A stretch of DNA of 64,000 nt from the human T2T-CHM13v2.0 reference genome, Homo sapiens (GCF_009914755.1 NC_060935.1); one strand, 5' to 3'. Numbered from the stretch's first letter, positions 1 to 42,079 are shown. Notes: generated by a model not told the origin, from the letters alone. Program-made: numbers and translations.

Positions 1-150
1 GAGAGGTCGGAGCCGAGTGTGGAGAAGGGGTGCTTCAGCCCCCTGCGTGGGGGTTGGAGAGAAGGGTAAATGAGGCAGCGTAGAAAGCCTGGTCAATGTG
101 GGTGCGGCGGGAGGGATGCGATGCCAGGGAGGGGAGAAGGGGACACATAC

Positions 151-941
<791 letters not shown>

Positions 942-1009
942 ACTTTGATATACTTTTGTATGGGTGTATGGGGTTCCATTCCTGCCCCAGGCCTTGCCAT
1001 CCATCCCAT

Positions 1010-1200
1010 CTTATTTAATTCTCACAACCACCCCTAGAAGAAGATTTTACTGAAGATGAAGATGATTGCTACTGGTGGTCTCACTTTACAAATAAGGAAA
1101 CTGAGTCTCAGAGATAGTAGGCAGCTTGCCTAAAGTCACAAGGCCAACAAGTAGCAGAAAGGAGATTTAAACACAGGTTGGTCCAACTCCAGAGCAGGCT
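1010..1200 (-). mobile_element. MIR SINE
   Basis: tttacaaataaggaaactgagtctcagaga…cttgcctaaagtcaca core. Confidence 0.75.
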
Positions 1201-1664
1201 CTGTCCACCACCCCACAAGAACAAGGAAGCCCTGAGCAGGAGAGATGGCCCATAATCAGGGCAGGCCTCAGACAGAAGGATGCTGCCTTGGGGCAGAAAT
1301 AGGGCACTGGGCCTTTTCGGGCCTCTTGGGTGGCCTGGATGATGTCACCTCCCCCAAGGACTACTGGGCTCACCTCCCAGGCCTTGCCTGGTTTCCAGCA
1401 AATTCCAGCAGGCTGGGGGAGCAGGGAGCAAACCCAAGAGTGGGGCATGGCAGAAGGGACAGGGCACAGGGGATGGTGGTGGCAGTCATCTGTGCACTGA
1501 AACAGCTGACCATGAAGTTCCCTGTAGGTAAGGAGACCAGAAAAACCAAAACACAGTGGGGACTGTGCCGAGGTGGGGGTGGAGTCTCATCCCTCACCTT
1601 ATCCACTCCCTCACACCGCCCTGGCTCTGCAAATCCTTTTCTGTCAGTTGAAATTTCCTTGCCT

Positions 1665-2278
1665 AGGCTGGGTGCGGTGGCTCACGCCTGTAATCCCAAC
1701 ACTTTGGGAGGCTGTGGTGGGCGGATCATGAGGTCAGGAGTTCGAGACCAGCCTGACCAATATGGTGAAACCCTGTCTCTACTAAAGATACAAAAATTAG
1801 CCAGACACAGTGGCACATGCCTATAGTCCCAGCTACTCAGGAGGCTGAGGCAGGATAATCACTGAACCCGGGAGGGGAGGTTGCAGTGAGCCGATATTGC
1901 ACCACTGCACTCCAGCCTGGGCATCAGAGCGAGACTCCGTCTCAAAAAAGACAAGACAAGAAAAGAAATTTCTAGGCCGGGCGTGGTGGCTCATGCCTGT
2001 AATCCCAGCACTTTGGGAGGCTGAGGCGGGTGGATCACGAGATCAGGAGTTCAATACCAGCCTGGCCAAGATGGTGAAACCCTGTCTCTACTAAAAATAC
2101 AAAAACATTAGCCAGGCATGGTGGCGGGTGCCTGTAATCCCAGCTACTGGGAAGGCTGAGGCAGAGAATTGCTTGAACCCAGGAGACGGAGGTTGCAGTG
2201 AGCCAAGATTGTGCCACTGCACTGCACTCCAGCCTGGCGACAGAGCGAGACTCTGTCTCAAAAAAAAAAAAAAAAAAA
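1665..2278 (+). mobile_element. Two tandem sense Alus
   Basis: ggctgggtgcggtggctcacgcctgtaatccc…A tails; flanking gaaatttccttgcct duplication. Confidence 0.92.
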
Positions 2279-2412
2279 GAAATTTCCTTGCCTCCTCTTC
2301 CTTCTTCAAAGATAAGCTTGGATATCCCTTCTTCCCAGCTGGCTACCCTCCTCCCACTCTCAGCTCCCTCTCCTGGTCCCTAGAGGGCTGGCAACCACAA
2401 CAAATTTCCTGA

Positions 2413-5206
<2,794 letters not shown>

Positions 5207-5411
5207 GAGCCTGTATCATTTAACTAACTATGTATATTACCTATTTATTTCATCTATTATCGGTCTCCTCCTTCTAGGATACAAGGGTGGTGCCTATTCT
5301 GTTTCTTATTGTTGTTTTCCTTGCTGCTTGGAACAGTGCCTAGCATACAGTAGGCACTGGATAAATGTTGTTGAGGCCACCACTGTACTGAGCACTAAAG
5401 TTGGAATAATG

Positions 5412-5793
<382 letters not shown>

Positions 5794-6802
5794 TCACTAA
5801 TTTTCGCTCCCTACCTGGGGAGCACTAGGAAGTGAAGACTCTGGCTCCACCCCTGGAGATTCTGGGGGAGGTTGGCAGAGGTGTGCACACTGCGGAAGCG
5901 CCCCCGGCGGTTTGGATTCGGGTCACGTGCGGGTCACTCCGGTGTGCTGGGGATGGGTTGAAATTAAAACTTTCCGGGATGCCTGGTGTTCACGCTAACA
6001 GCACTGTCCACTCTCTCCTAAACAGTGCTTACGTGCCCGTCTCCCCTCTAAACCCTGAGGTGTGGCGCTGAGATGGCACCTCGCTCCTCTCTGTGCCCCC
6101 TGGGCTCAGCACCGCGTAGATGCGAGTTAATTTTTATTGAGAACGTGAATGAATGAGGGGGAATGAATGGTTAGAAGACGAATGAATGAGTAACAGGACT
6201 CTGGTTAGAAAAGGAATTTCAAGAGTCAAGATCTGGAAGGTGGGAAAGTTTCCAAAGACTTCCGCTACGCGCGCTAGGGCTCTGGAGGGGCAGGTACTTT
6301 AGAGGTCGAGACGCGATTGGCCGCCTGGGAAGGTGGCTGTGCCGCCGGCTGCTACGCGCGGGGCCAAGGAGTCGCTGGCCGCAGGGGAGGTGCTGCCAAC
6401 CACCCGGCCCCCAGCGGCGCGCGACTCACGGCCTGGGTGAGCAGCCAGGCCTGGCGCCGCCGTTGCCATAGTTACAGACGCAGCCCTGCGAGGGGGCGGG
6501 CTCTGGCCGCACGTCATTCCCGGCGCGACGCTCCTCCGCGCTCCCGCCTCCTCCTGGTCGGAGACCCTCGGCCAGCCTAGCGGGCGCTCCACCTGCGCGC
6601 CGGCTCACCGCTGCCCTGCGCCGGTTCTGCGCCGGCGCGGTACGAGGGCGCGCGGTTGGGCGGGGGGGGGGGGGGGAAGCTGCGAGGCGCATGCGCGTTG
6701 CAGGGCCGTCCGCTCTGCTGCCGCCGCTGTTGCAGCCACCGCCGTTGCCGCCTCCCTGCCGGCAAGTGTGTGAAGAAGAAGCTGAGCGTTGTCGCCGCCG
6801 CT

Positions 6803-22184
<15,382 letters not shown>

Positions 22185-24397
22185 ACTCTCAGAGCCACTT
22201 TCAAGTCACAATGCTCTCTCCTAAGGCCTTTCCTCTTTCCTGGTCTCACTGTTCACCGGGTGTCCTCAGAGCTGTGGCCTCCCCAGCCCTGCACGTGCCA
22301 GGCTGCGCCCTGAGAGCACAGAACCCTGGGGAGAAGTGGTATCAGCTGCTCCTCCTCTCCTAGGAGACCAGAGTGCTAGAAGGGAATGAAAGGGAGAGGG
22401 AAGAGTAGGTGGGGCCGGGCAGTGAAGCTCATCCTCCACAGTGGCTGCCTCCTCATTTGGCTCCTGGGGCCTGCAGTGGAGGTTCTCGCACCTCTGCAGC
22501 CCCTAGATTCCTGGCAACCTCCCCTCCCCTGACACATACACACTTGGACAAATGGAATGTTTATGTCCACCTTTATGAAAGTTCTGGAGTCCTGGGTCTG
22601 GGGTTTGCTGGTCCCCAAAGAGGAACACACTGGGTGTAAGATCTGGGTGTAGAGGGCGGCTTCAGAGAGACTCACGCTTGTGCAGTTGGAATTGCTGTTA
22701 ACGGAGACTGGGAAGATCTTTTGTGCCAAGATGCAGGGAAATGAAGAAAGCTCTTTCCAGCTGTTTTTATGGATTCATGGAGTGGGCTCATGTTGGGACC
22801 AGCTGACTCTGGGAGGAAGACTGCCTCTCCATCGCTGTCAGAGAGCCTGAAAGGACCAACAATGAGGTGTTCTTGGGACCCGCCATGGGGATGATTGCTT
22901 CTCTAGGCTCCTGGATGTTGCTGCATTCTAAGCTTAACCTCCTGGTCTCATGGCAGTGACTTGAGCTTTTGATTCATAGAAGAAAGCCAGAGGTTCTGCT
23001 TGTTCTTGTCTGCCAGCCCTCGTCGTTCTTTCTCCTCTGCCTCTCACCTCTACCCCAAATACCTCTGTTCTTAGTCTCAAGGGGAGAATAACATCAGGGA
23101 GCCCCTCATCTTCCCCAGAAGGACTTCTCGTTCCTCATGTAGTTAACTCCATTGATTTTCCTATCTTGGTGCTGATAGCTCTCTAAGGGTAGGGCACACC
23201 TCCCCACAGCCACCCTCCCTCTTCAGAGAGCCCCCAGCCAGCAGCAGGCCCCTCTGCCTGCACTCCTCAGGCTTGCCCCTCGCTGCCTCAGTGAGGCACT
23301 AGTGCCACTGCCGTGGCCCAGCCGGGCCATAGCTCAGGCTGCAGCAGAAATGCCTCTCAGTGGCCAACAGTTGCTTTTCTCTCTGGTGTCACCCTGTGGC
23401 AACAGGCTGGAGCAGGGGAAGGAGAAAGCCTTCCTCTTCTCTCATAGGATAGAAAGGCAGGCTCAGAACTGATGCTCATCCTGATCTCTAGGCCTTGTTC
23501 CTCTTCCAGGGAAGAAAAGCCAAATCCTTATCAAGGAAAAAGCACCTAACAGCTCCCTTTGGATATCCCTGAGCTCTGCTGTGGGGAGTATCATAAAGGT
23601 TCTAGCCTTCGTGAAGTTGTTCTCGTGGAGGTCTGTTGGTCCCTCTGACCTCAGCATCTGCTCACATCCCACCCTCTGCCCAACTCTGGCAGTCTCTCCT
23701 GGCAGATCTCCCCAGAGTGGTCCTTGCTTCTCACCTGGATTCCTGCTTGTGCAGGAGCCTGTGTACACAGGGCCTCCCTCACCCAGCCTGGCCCCTCTGC
23801 TGAGCACTTTGCGCTGCTCTTGATGGGCAGCAGTGGGACTGGGAACTCCTTAGAGAGGGCCTTGCAGCTTTACACTGGAATAAGTCTGCCTCTGCCTCTG
23901 CCTCACCCTGCTGGCTCCTGGTGGGTTTCATCCCAGGCAGAGTTGACATTGCTGGAGGGGTTTGGTGGACTCCTAAGAATCATGAAACCACAGGAGCATG
24001 TTTAGGAAGAGATTTGTCTCTGGTCCCTGTCTCTGAAAGGACACAGATGCTAAATATTTATTGTCTTAGATCATGGATTCCTGATACCTCTCACTCAAGG
24101 GGACCAAAAGGGACCCCCCCGTGTTCATCCCTTGTAAGGTGAGTTCAGTCTACGTTGTCTCTTTCCAGTCACTGGATGCGTGGCACCAACTGGTCAATGG
24201 GTGCTTGGTGCCATACCCTGCTCACCCTAGTCTCTGCAGGCCATGTCCTGAAGGGTTCCTCAGGAGGTCGGGACTAGGGTGGGAGAGGCACTATCTGAGA
24301 CCTGCAATCACTCTTGTTGGTCTTGAGCCCATTCATTTCCAAAACATCCATCTTTCTCCACTTCCCCCAGGTCTTGGTTTTGAGAAACAGCAGGCAT

Positions 24398-24712
<315 letters not shown>

Positions 24713-24994
24713 TTACCAGGCTTTTTGTGTTTTGTTTGTTTGTTTGGAGCATGTTAAGATTTTTTTAAGATTTTTAAAATTTTAGTTATATCCACCCTAT
24801 TTCAGGTTATTTTTGTTGGTGTCAAGTATGTATAGGACATGTGAATGGTTCTTTTTAATTTTTTTTTAAGAGGAAATTTGGAAGATAAACTCCTTGATAC
24901 ATATATATATTTTTTTTTTTTTAGCAGCTTGTTATCACTGGAATCAAAGGGAAAAAGTGATCTCTTCTTGCATTGGTTGTATTTGTATGTCACA

Positions 24995-25000
24995 AATAAA
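24995..25000 (+). terminator. NAA40: Polyadenylation signal of NAA40
   Basis: ttgtatttgtatgtcacaAATAAAaga: canonical hexamer with upstream UGUA elements. Confidence 0.8.
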
Positions 25001-26492
25001 AGACACTTTGGTCAGCTGCTGAGATGGCTTCCTGATGCTGGGGCACCATGGGCAGCGTGGATCTGGGAAGCTCTGGACCCTGAGCCTGTCCCAACATTGG
25101 GCCCGAACATCAGGAGGTGCATAGCTATGATAGCCCCATGCTGGAGAAAAAACTCAGGCTGTCCGGGGCAAGCAGCCAGAGCTGGGAACAGAGACCAAAT
25201 GTATGTGTTTGTGCCACTTCCCAGGAGTTCTGAGTAGAGGCCAAAGGTGTTCTGAAGGGCGCCTGCTTTGCATCTTGGAGAGAAAGTCCCAAGCCAGGCC
25301 TTGTGACATTTGAAATCTGTGTCCAAACGTAAATTCCAGTGCCCATGTGTGGGAGGTGAATAGACGAGAGTGCTTCTTTCCTCTTTGACTTCATTGGGTT
25401 ACTCAAAATATTCTTTGTCTCTTAAGATTCCTGCCCTCTTCCATCCATTCACAGAAGACAAGGCTCCAAGGAAGGGGAGCTCATGTCAGGGCTGCTGGGG
25501 CAGGAGAGTTATGAGCTGGTGGAGGCTGTGACCCCCTAGTGTGACAGATGGAGCTGTGCAGGTTGTTCCCCAAGCAGGGCTCCTGCCAGCCCTGGCCCGG
25601 GGGAGCTGGAGCTCAGTACTTTCTGTGGACAGTGGAGGGGCTGCCCCATTGTACTCTGCTTGGTGGTCTGCATCTGCTGGAACGGGGAGCAGGAGACCCT
25701 GATCCACATGGAGTGTTCGTGCCCTGGCAGAGCAAGCATCTGGGGAAAGAGGAGCCAGGGTTATACCTGTTCCGTGGGTCCCAGCTGTGGCATGTTGTGG
25801 CCTCTCCCCTGTGGGCAGGGGCACACCCGCAGGTGGTTTGTGCAGCTGTCTTATCTTTGAGGCCCAAAGAAAGGCAGCACAGCCCTTGGGAAGGGAGAGC
25901 AATTTGCCTGGCGAATCACATGGCCAGTTTCCCATGTGACAGAATTCTGCCCCTCAAGTTATTTGTTCCTTGAAGGCTGTGTTTTCATCCCAGGCAGAAA
26001 CTTCCTGGAATGGCCATCCCCTTGCTGAAGGGTGAATGGCCACAGTTGGAGAGCTTGGGGCCATTCCTTCATCCCTGCCGGCTGAGTGCAGGGAGAGTTG
26101 AGGTCTGCACCCATTCCTCCTCCTTCTCCACCTTCACAATGGCCTGGGCCCTCCACAGTGGCTGCTTCAGTGAGGTGTGGTGTGACTTCTGGGTCTGCCC
26201 CATGCTGCTGCCACAGCTTCAGTGGGCAGGCGGAGCAAGAGGCACCACCGCTGAGCAGTAGACAGTCCAGAGCCTGGGCTGGACTGAAAGGGACTATGTC
26301 CCCAGGGGGAGGGACGCCACTCACCAGATGGTTTCTGCCGCCAGCTTTGAAGGTAGTTCAAACTAGGGGGCAGGCTTTTCTAGTTTTGGCTAGAATACTC
26401 CCTCCCCAAGTGCAGCAGAGGTTGTTCTATACCCCTGAGGACAGACGGGGTCTGGGGAGAGGGGATGTGTTGCTGTGGAGCCTGGTGAACTA

Positions 26493-27640
<1,148 letters not shown>

Positions 27641-28235
27641 AAATGGAGAGTGAAAAGTAACTTGCTCATGGGCCCAGTAGTAAATGGCAGAGCCAAGATT
27701 TGAACACAGCGTAGGAGGTGTTATCCCCGTTTCACAGTTAGGTAACCTGCAGCTTGGGAAAGAAAAGACAGGAGCAAGCCAAGGACACCCACAGCTGTGT
27801 ACCTGACTAGGTCCCTTCCCTCCCTATGCTGCCTTGCCCCACGGCGACTGTGAGAGGCCCAGCTTCTTCCTGAGCAGGAGCTATGGGCCCCAGAGGCCTC
27901 TCCTGCCCCACCTTGCTACTCCTGGTGCTGGGGACAAGGGTGGTGTCTCCTGCTTCTGGCCTGCAATGCCAGGGTATTATGCAGTGCTGCCCTGGACAGG
28001 ATGTCGGTTTCTGTGATTCCATCTACGTTCCTGGATTCCTACTATGCTGAAGTGAGCAAAGAGAACCTTCGAACCTGTACTGGGGCTTTAGGAGTCTGCT
28101 GTGGGTTGTTTTCTTTGTTTGTTTGTTTTTTTGAGACAAGATCTCTGTCACCCAGGCTGGAGTGCAGTGGCACAATCAGCTCACTGCAGCCTCAACCTCC
28201 TGGGCTCAGGTGATCCTCCCACTTCAGCCTCCTGA

Positions 28236-28436
<201 letters not shown>

Positions 28437-30749
28437 TGAACATTTAATAGTCCCTACGGACTGGCAGGGCTGGGGCTGAGGTCACATCATGTGGCGCTGG
28501 TGCTTAGTGCAGGCCACCCCAGTGCTGGAGGGAGGAGGCCCTGAGAAATGGGACCAGGCTGGGAGCCCCCTAAGGGGTGGAGGCTGTTTGACTCAGAGCA
28601 GGGCTTGGTAGGCCACAGCTGGGAGATCGGGAGCAGGGTGAGAGCCAGCTGTGGCTGATTTGGCTGTTGAAAGCCAGGCCCTGCACCTCTCTGGGGTCAT
28701 GCTCTGATACAGGATGGCTCTGTTGCAGCAGGTGAGGCTGACGGGTGGCCTGGACACTAGTGGCTCCTGTCCGGCTCCCTGGCCCTGAGCCCCTCAGTGG
28801 TGACAAAGGACTAGGCAGCCACGTCCACTGAGGATCGTAGTGAGGTCTCAAGCCGCCAAGTGCAGGCACTGTGGATGGCGTGGGGCAGCACATGCCCTTG
28901 AAGTTGGTCATGATGTGGAACTGCCCCCGTGCCTAGCTCGATGCCTGGCAGGTGGGCCACACGGGTGTCACATGTGGGAGCTGTGGGGGGACCGCTCCTG
29001 TGGCGGCCCCTCTCCTGAATGTTGGATATATGGGATGGGGAAAGGTGGGGTATGTGGCTGGAGGGGTCCAGGGATGGGGCACTCAGGCTAGAGCCCTCTG
29101 AGGGTCCTGGCAGTGAGATTGGTGTCCAGGAACATGAAAAGGAGTGGGGACCTGCCCTAAGCTGATCAGGGGTCCAGAAACAAGAGAGGCCCATGGGTAT
29201 TGGAGCTATGAGCGCAGGCTAGGGGCTCAGAAGGCAGAGGGGCCTGGATGTGGTTCCAGCCTGGTAGGGGTGAGTCTGGGGGCCAGCCCATGATGGAGGG
29301 AAACGTGGCCTGAGAAGCCAGTCTTCACCAAGCTGGAGCCACCGTCCCACATGGGTGCAAATGCGGTGATCTCGCCCTTACCACACAGGGCTGCTGGCTG
29401 TGGACTGCGTTCCGGAAGGGGTTAACCACCACAGGCTCTCGGCAGGCCCGCCCAGCCCTCAGCTTGCACCCTTCCCTCCCGCTGCTGGAACCCTGGGGTG
29501 CCCCAGCCAGTACAGCTGTGCCTGCCTAGAGAGCAACCCCTCCACCCCCAACCCCGCCCCCGACAGCTGTGTCTGGGCCTGTCCCCTGGATGCCTGGCAA
29601 CAGCTGTATCCCAGGAAGAGCAAACACTCCTCTAAGATCCTTGTCTCTGTCCCGCCCCCTCCCTTGACCGTTGCCTGGTTAGGTTTCCCAAACTAGCTCT
29701 TCCAATGATGCCGTCTCTCCCTCCATCTTCTCCTGGAGTTTGCATTAGCGCCCCCATTTTGCAGATGGGGAAGCTAAGGCCCACGGAGGGAAAGGTGCAT
29801 TCTCGAGGTACCCAGCACCCCAGTGTTAGGCCTGTATCTCCTTCCCCGAGGCCCTTGTTCACCCTCCACCTCTGGGCACTGGGCCCTTCCTGCAGCTTCA
29901 CTAGAGTCTCCTGCTGCTGCCGTCACCCCAAGAGTCATTCCCCACCCACAGGCAGATGAAGAGGCCCCAGCTGCCCTCTGAAAGCACAGGGCTGGCTTCT
30001 TTGCATCCTCACCGTGCAGCCCTCCTGGCCAGCCCCAGGGCTCAGTGCCTGGCACCCACCTGATGTGCCAGGAGGAGAGACCAGGCCAGGTAGGGAAACT
30101 GGATACCCAAAGCTCAGGTTCTTACCAGCTCCAGATCAGATGCTTTGGGAGGTGGCAAGCTCTAGAAAGTGTGCAGAGGAGGGGCAGCTGAGGGTTCTTA
30201 CCTGCTGGCCCCTCAGGACTGGGGTGCAGCTCCCTCCCCAGGCCTCGCAGTTCCATATTTGGACAAGAGCAGCTGCTGGTCCAGAGCCTTTCATGGGGAG
30301 AGGGCCAGGCCTGGGGTGGGGAGACCCAGTGTTTGTCCAGGCCATGTGTAAGCAGTGGGTCTGGGGGCCGCCTCTGGGGTGGGGCACCTGGTATGACAAT
30401 CAGTGACAGGAAGCCTGGACCAGCTCCCCTACCCATCGCCAAGGCTTGGGATCTATTCCTAGTGCCCCACTCAGGAGGGAACAGGTTGAGCCCGGGGATC
30501 AGAGAGACCAAGGGCTCAAGAGATTTAGGTCTCGCCCCTTAGTAGGGAGGGACTCCCTAGCAAGCAATCGGAGCGTGGGGGCAGTCCCAGGCGGGGGAAC
30601 TGAGCTCCCCGTCTTTGCAGGCAGCACAGCAGCTGTCCAGGGTGATAGAGGGGGTCCCTGTCCTGTGGAAGGTTCCTGTCACAGAGAGCCTGTCACCACA
30701 TGGGGCACACCTCCCTCATTGGACCAACAAACCCCCCTCTCCTTGCTCG

Positions 30750-33070
<2,321 letters not shown>

Positions 33071-33511
33071 CTTTTGTTGAAGGACTGTGCCTGGATTCTG
33101 GGAAGGGTTGGTTGCTGGGAGGGATGGGGAAAGAGCAGAGACCTTGGTATTAATCCAACAGACAGACCTAGGTACAAGCCCTGCCTGGCACTAGCAGACT
33201 CAGCTGCGTTATGGAACCTGTCTGCCAGCCTCTCTTTCCTCCACTGTGATAGGTGTTCTGAGAGAAATGCATCACAGAGGCCTGAGGAAAGCCCTGGAAC
33301 ACAGCACAAACAAAAAGTTCAGTTTCCCAGCGCCAGAAAGTCCCCATCACCTCCTAGAGTATCCCCAGGCCCCTTGCCTGTGTTGGGGCTCAGGACACAC
33401 CACTTCAAAATGTGACTGTAGGAGACCAGAATATCCCACCCTGAAATATGCTACTTTGGCATATTTTGAGCTGGTTACTCAGAGAAACTGCAGACCTAAG
33501 AGAAGCTCTGA

Positions 33512-33658
<147 letters not shown>

Positions 33659-33882
33659 TGAGTAGCTGGGATTATAGGTGCTCGCCACCATGCCCAGCTA
33701 ATTTTTGTATTTTTAGTAGAGATGGGGTATCACCACGTTGGCCAGGCTGGTCTCAAACTCCTGACCTCAGGTGAGCTGCCCAGCTTGGCCTCCCAAAGTG
33801 CTATGATTACAGGTGTGAGCCACTGTGCCTGGTCCTTTTTGAGAAAAAAGCATTTTTATCTGAAGAAAGTAAATCAATTCAT

Positions 33883-33898
33883 TCTATCTATCTATCTA

Positions 33899-33949
<51 letters not shown>

Positions 33950-33965
33950 AATCATCTATGTATCT
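33883..33965 (+). repeat. (TCTA)n tetranucleotide microsatellite at an Alu tail
   Basis: tctatctatctaatctatctatct… run. Confidence 0.95.
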
Positions 33966-34017
33966 GAGACAGAGTCTCGCTCTGTTGCCCAGGCTGGAGT
34001 GCAATGGAGCAATCTGA

Positions 34018-34155
<138 letters not shown>

Positions 34156-34444
34156 TAGGCTGGTCTTGAACTCCTGACTTGAAGTGCTGGGATTACAGGC
34201 ATGAGCCACCACTCCCAGCCTAAGGAATGTAAATCTTTTTAATTACTAGGCCCAGAGAGATATTAACATGAGACAGTAATTAATCTTTTGAGCTATGTGT
34301 TCATCTCTTGAAACTTCTTACTATTGCCACAAGTAGCTACACATTAACCTAACAGTGCCACACCAGACACTATAACCCATACCCTATAATGTAACACTAA
34401 CCAGCCTCATTTCTATAAACCAATATTCCTTACAAACAACATTG

Positions 34445-35570
<1,126 letters not shown>

Positions 35571-35630
35571 ATTGTATTGGCTCACTCCCTGTCCCCCCTT
35601 TTAAGTTGTTACTTTATTATTATTATTTGA

Positions 35631-35813
<183 letters not shown>

Positions 35814-35946
35814 TGAACTCCTGGTTTCAAGCGATCCTCCTGGCTCCCTATCCTACTTTTTTGCCTTTAAAAATCCACTTATAGGTCAGGCACGGTGGCT
35901 CACCCCTGTAATCCCAGCACTTTGGGAGGCCGAGGTGGGCGGATCA

Positions 35947-36386
<440 letters not shown>

Positions 36387-36543
36387 TCAGGATAACTGGA
36401 TTCTATGCTCCCAGGTTATAATCATCAAACTTGGCCCAAATAAGCTCTCTGCTTATGTTAATTTTGTTTCAGCTTCTTCCTTTTAGGTTGCTATTTTGTA
36501 ATTTACATGCATAATGGAAATTATATTACGCTTACATTGGTAA

Positions 36544-36864
<321 letters not shown>

Positions 36865-37072
36865 TAAGCCAAGCCTGGCCCAGACAACTTTGATCACCGG
36901 AGACTTCATCTGTGTAACAAGACGGCCTTTATTCACCATACACATCCTCCCCTCACCCTCATAACCCCTGAGAACTCCCATCCCCTGTTTCTTTCTGTAG
37001 CTCAGGATGCTATATAAGCTTCAGTCATCTGACCCTTCGAGCTACATGTTTTTTGGTACTCCCTTGTGTATG

Positions 37073-37510
37073 TGTATTAGGGTTCTCTAGAGGGACAGAA
37101 CTAATAGGATATATGTATATAAAGGGGAGTTTATTAAGTATTGACTTACATGATCACAAGGTCCCACAATAGGCTGCCTGCAAGCTGAGGAGCAAGGAGA
37201 GCCAGTCCGAGTCCCACAACTGAAGAACTTGGAATTTGATGTTTGAGGGCAGGAAGCATCTAGCATGGGAGAAAGTTGTAGGCTGGGAGGTGAGGCCAGT
37301 CTTGTCTTTTCATATTTTTCTGCCTGCTTTATCTTCTAGCCCCACTAGCAGCTGATTAGATGGCACCCACCCAGGTTAAGGGTGGGTCTCCCTTTCCCAG
37401 CCCAGACTCAAATGTTAATCTCCTTTGGCAGCACCCTCACAGACTCACCCAGGATCAATACTTCGTATCCTTCAATCCAATCAAATTGACACTCAGTATT
37501 AACCATCATA
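37073..37510 (-). mobile_element. MLT2A1/A2 (HERVL) solo LTR
   Basis: Reverse complement starts TATGATGGTTAATACTGAGTGTCAATTTGATTGGATTGAAGG; 438 bp; 5-bp TSD GTATG at 37068-37072 and 37511-37515. Confidence 0.88.
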
Positions 37511-37884
37511 GTATGCATCTAATTAGAAATGGTTTCTCACCTGTTGATCTGTCTTGTCAATTTAGTTCATAGTCCAGCCAAAGAACCTAGAGGTGTGGAG
37601 GGAAGCCGTTTTCCTCTTGCCTACACCTGACTGTGCTCTAATTGGGGAGTTATTCCTTTGTTTCCCAGTGCCAGACAAGCCCAGGAGGGCAGCAGGGAGG
37701 TCCTTGCCCCTTCCTTCTCCCAGTGGCAGCCAGCTGGGGCCTGGGCCTCTTAACCCTGTGCCCCTAGGGATCGGGAAGGGAGTTTAGAAGCATCTGTCCT
37801 GGGCTGTTTGCTAGGGCTCAGTGCAGGGCAAGAACAGGGACCTGGTGGTTGTGGGTGGGGTTGGGCTGAGATTGCTAAGAATGG

Positions 37885-38176
<292 letters not shown>

Positions 38177-38283
38177 GTGCTCGCTTTGGCAGCACATGTA
38201 CTAAAATTGGAATGATACAGAGAAGATTAGCATGGCCCTTGTGCAAGGATGACACGCAAATTCGTGAAGCGTTCCATATTTTT
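38177..38283 (+). pseudogene. Full-length U6 snRNA retropseudogene (RNU6 family; exact number not asserted)
   Basis: GTGCTCGCTTtGGCAGCACATgTACTAAAATTGGAAtGATACAGAGAAGATTAGCATGGCCCtTGtGCAAGG...CCATATTTTT: 107 nt with 5 substitutions versus U6 as recalled; an Alu tail rather than PSE/TATA lies upstream. Confidence 0.96.
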
Positions 38284-38451
38284 GAAGGGATTACAAACCA
38301 AGAGATACAAGTGGCTTCTAGAAATTAGAAAATAAAAGGTAATGGATTCTGCCCTGGAGCCGTGACAAGAAATACTGGCCTTCTGACATCTTGATTTTAT
38401 ATTTCTGATCTTTAGAACTGTAAGAAAATGAATTTGTGTTGTTGTAAGCCA
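38284..38451 (+). mobile_element. MLT1 (ERVL-MaLR) LTR fragment fused to the U6 3' end
   Basis: Similar to the MLT1 at 49167-49979 (…cttgatttt…tgtaaga…aatttgtgttgtt…aagcca), then stops and is followed by an A-rich tail. Confidence 0.75.
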
Positions 38452-38892
38452 AAAGCAAACAAACAAAAAACTAGAATGGGGTGGGGAAGGTGAGGGAGCG
38501 ATGAAGAGGGATGAGCTTGGGGCCTGGGAACACATCCCTCCAGAGGAAGCTCAGACACAGCTCCCCTTCTAGGGCACCCCGAGTTCATTGCAACCTTGCT
38601 GTGACACCACCCCCCCGCCCCACCACCATGGAAGAGAAACCATGGGCTGAGGTTTCTCTTCCAAAGCTCCTGTTTCTCAATCTCTTGCCATCCCATCGCC
38701 ACCCCCTGCCACAGCCTTTGATGTTATTAACCTCAATGTCAAAACTGGAACTTCTGGGAAGTCCACCTCTGCAGCAGCATGTGTGGTGGCTAAAAGCATG
38801 GCTTTTGGAGGCAACAGAACTGCCCTGTAATCCTGGCAAGGCAGCCTTGTAGCTTCATGATCTTGATCAAGTCACCGGACTCTTCAGGCCTA

Positions 38893-42020
<3,128 letters not shown>

Positions 42021-42079
42021 AATAGAGAGAGATTTAACAGTATGAATGAAGGGAGGAGTCAAGAACAGTTTAGGCTTCT

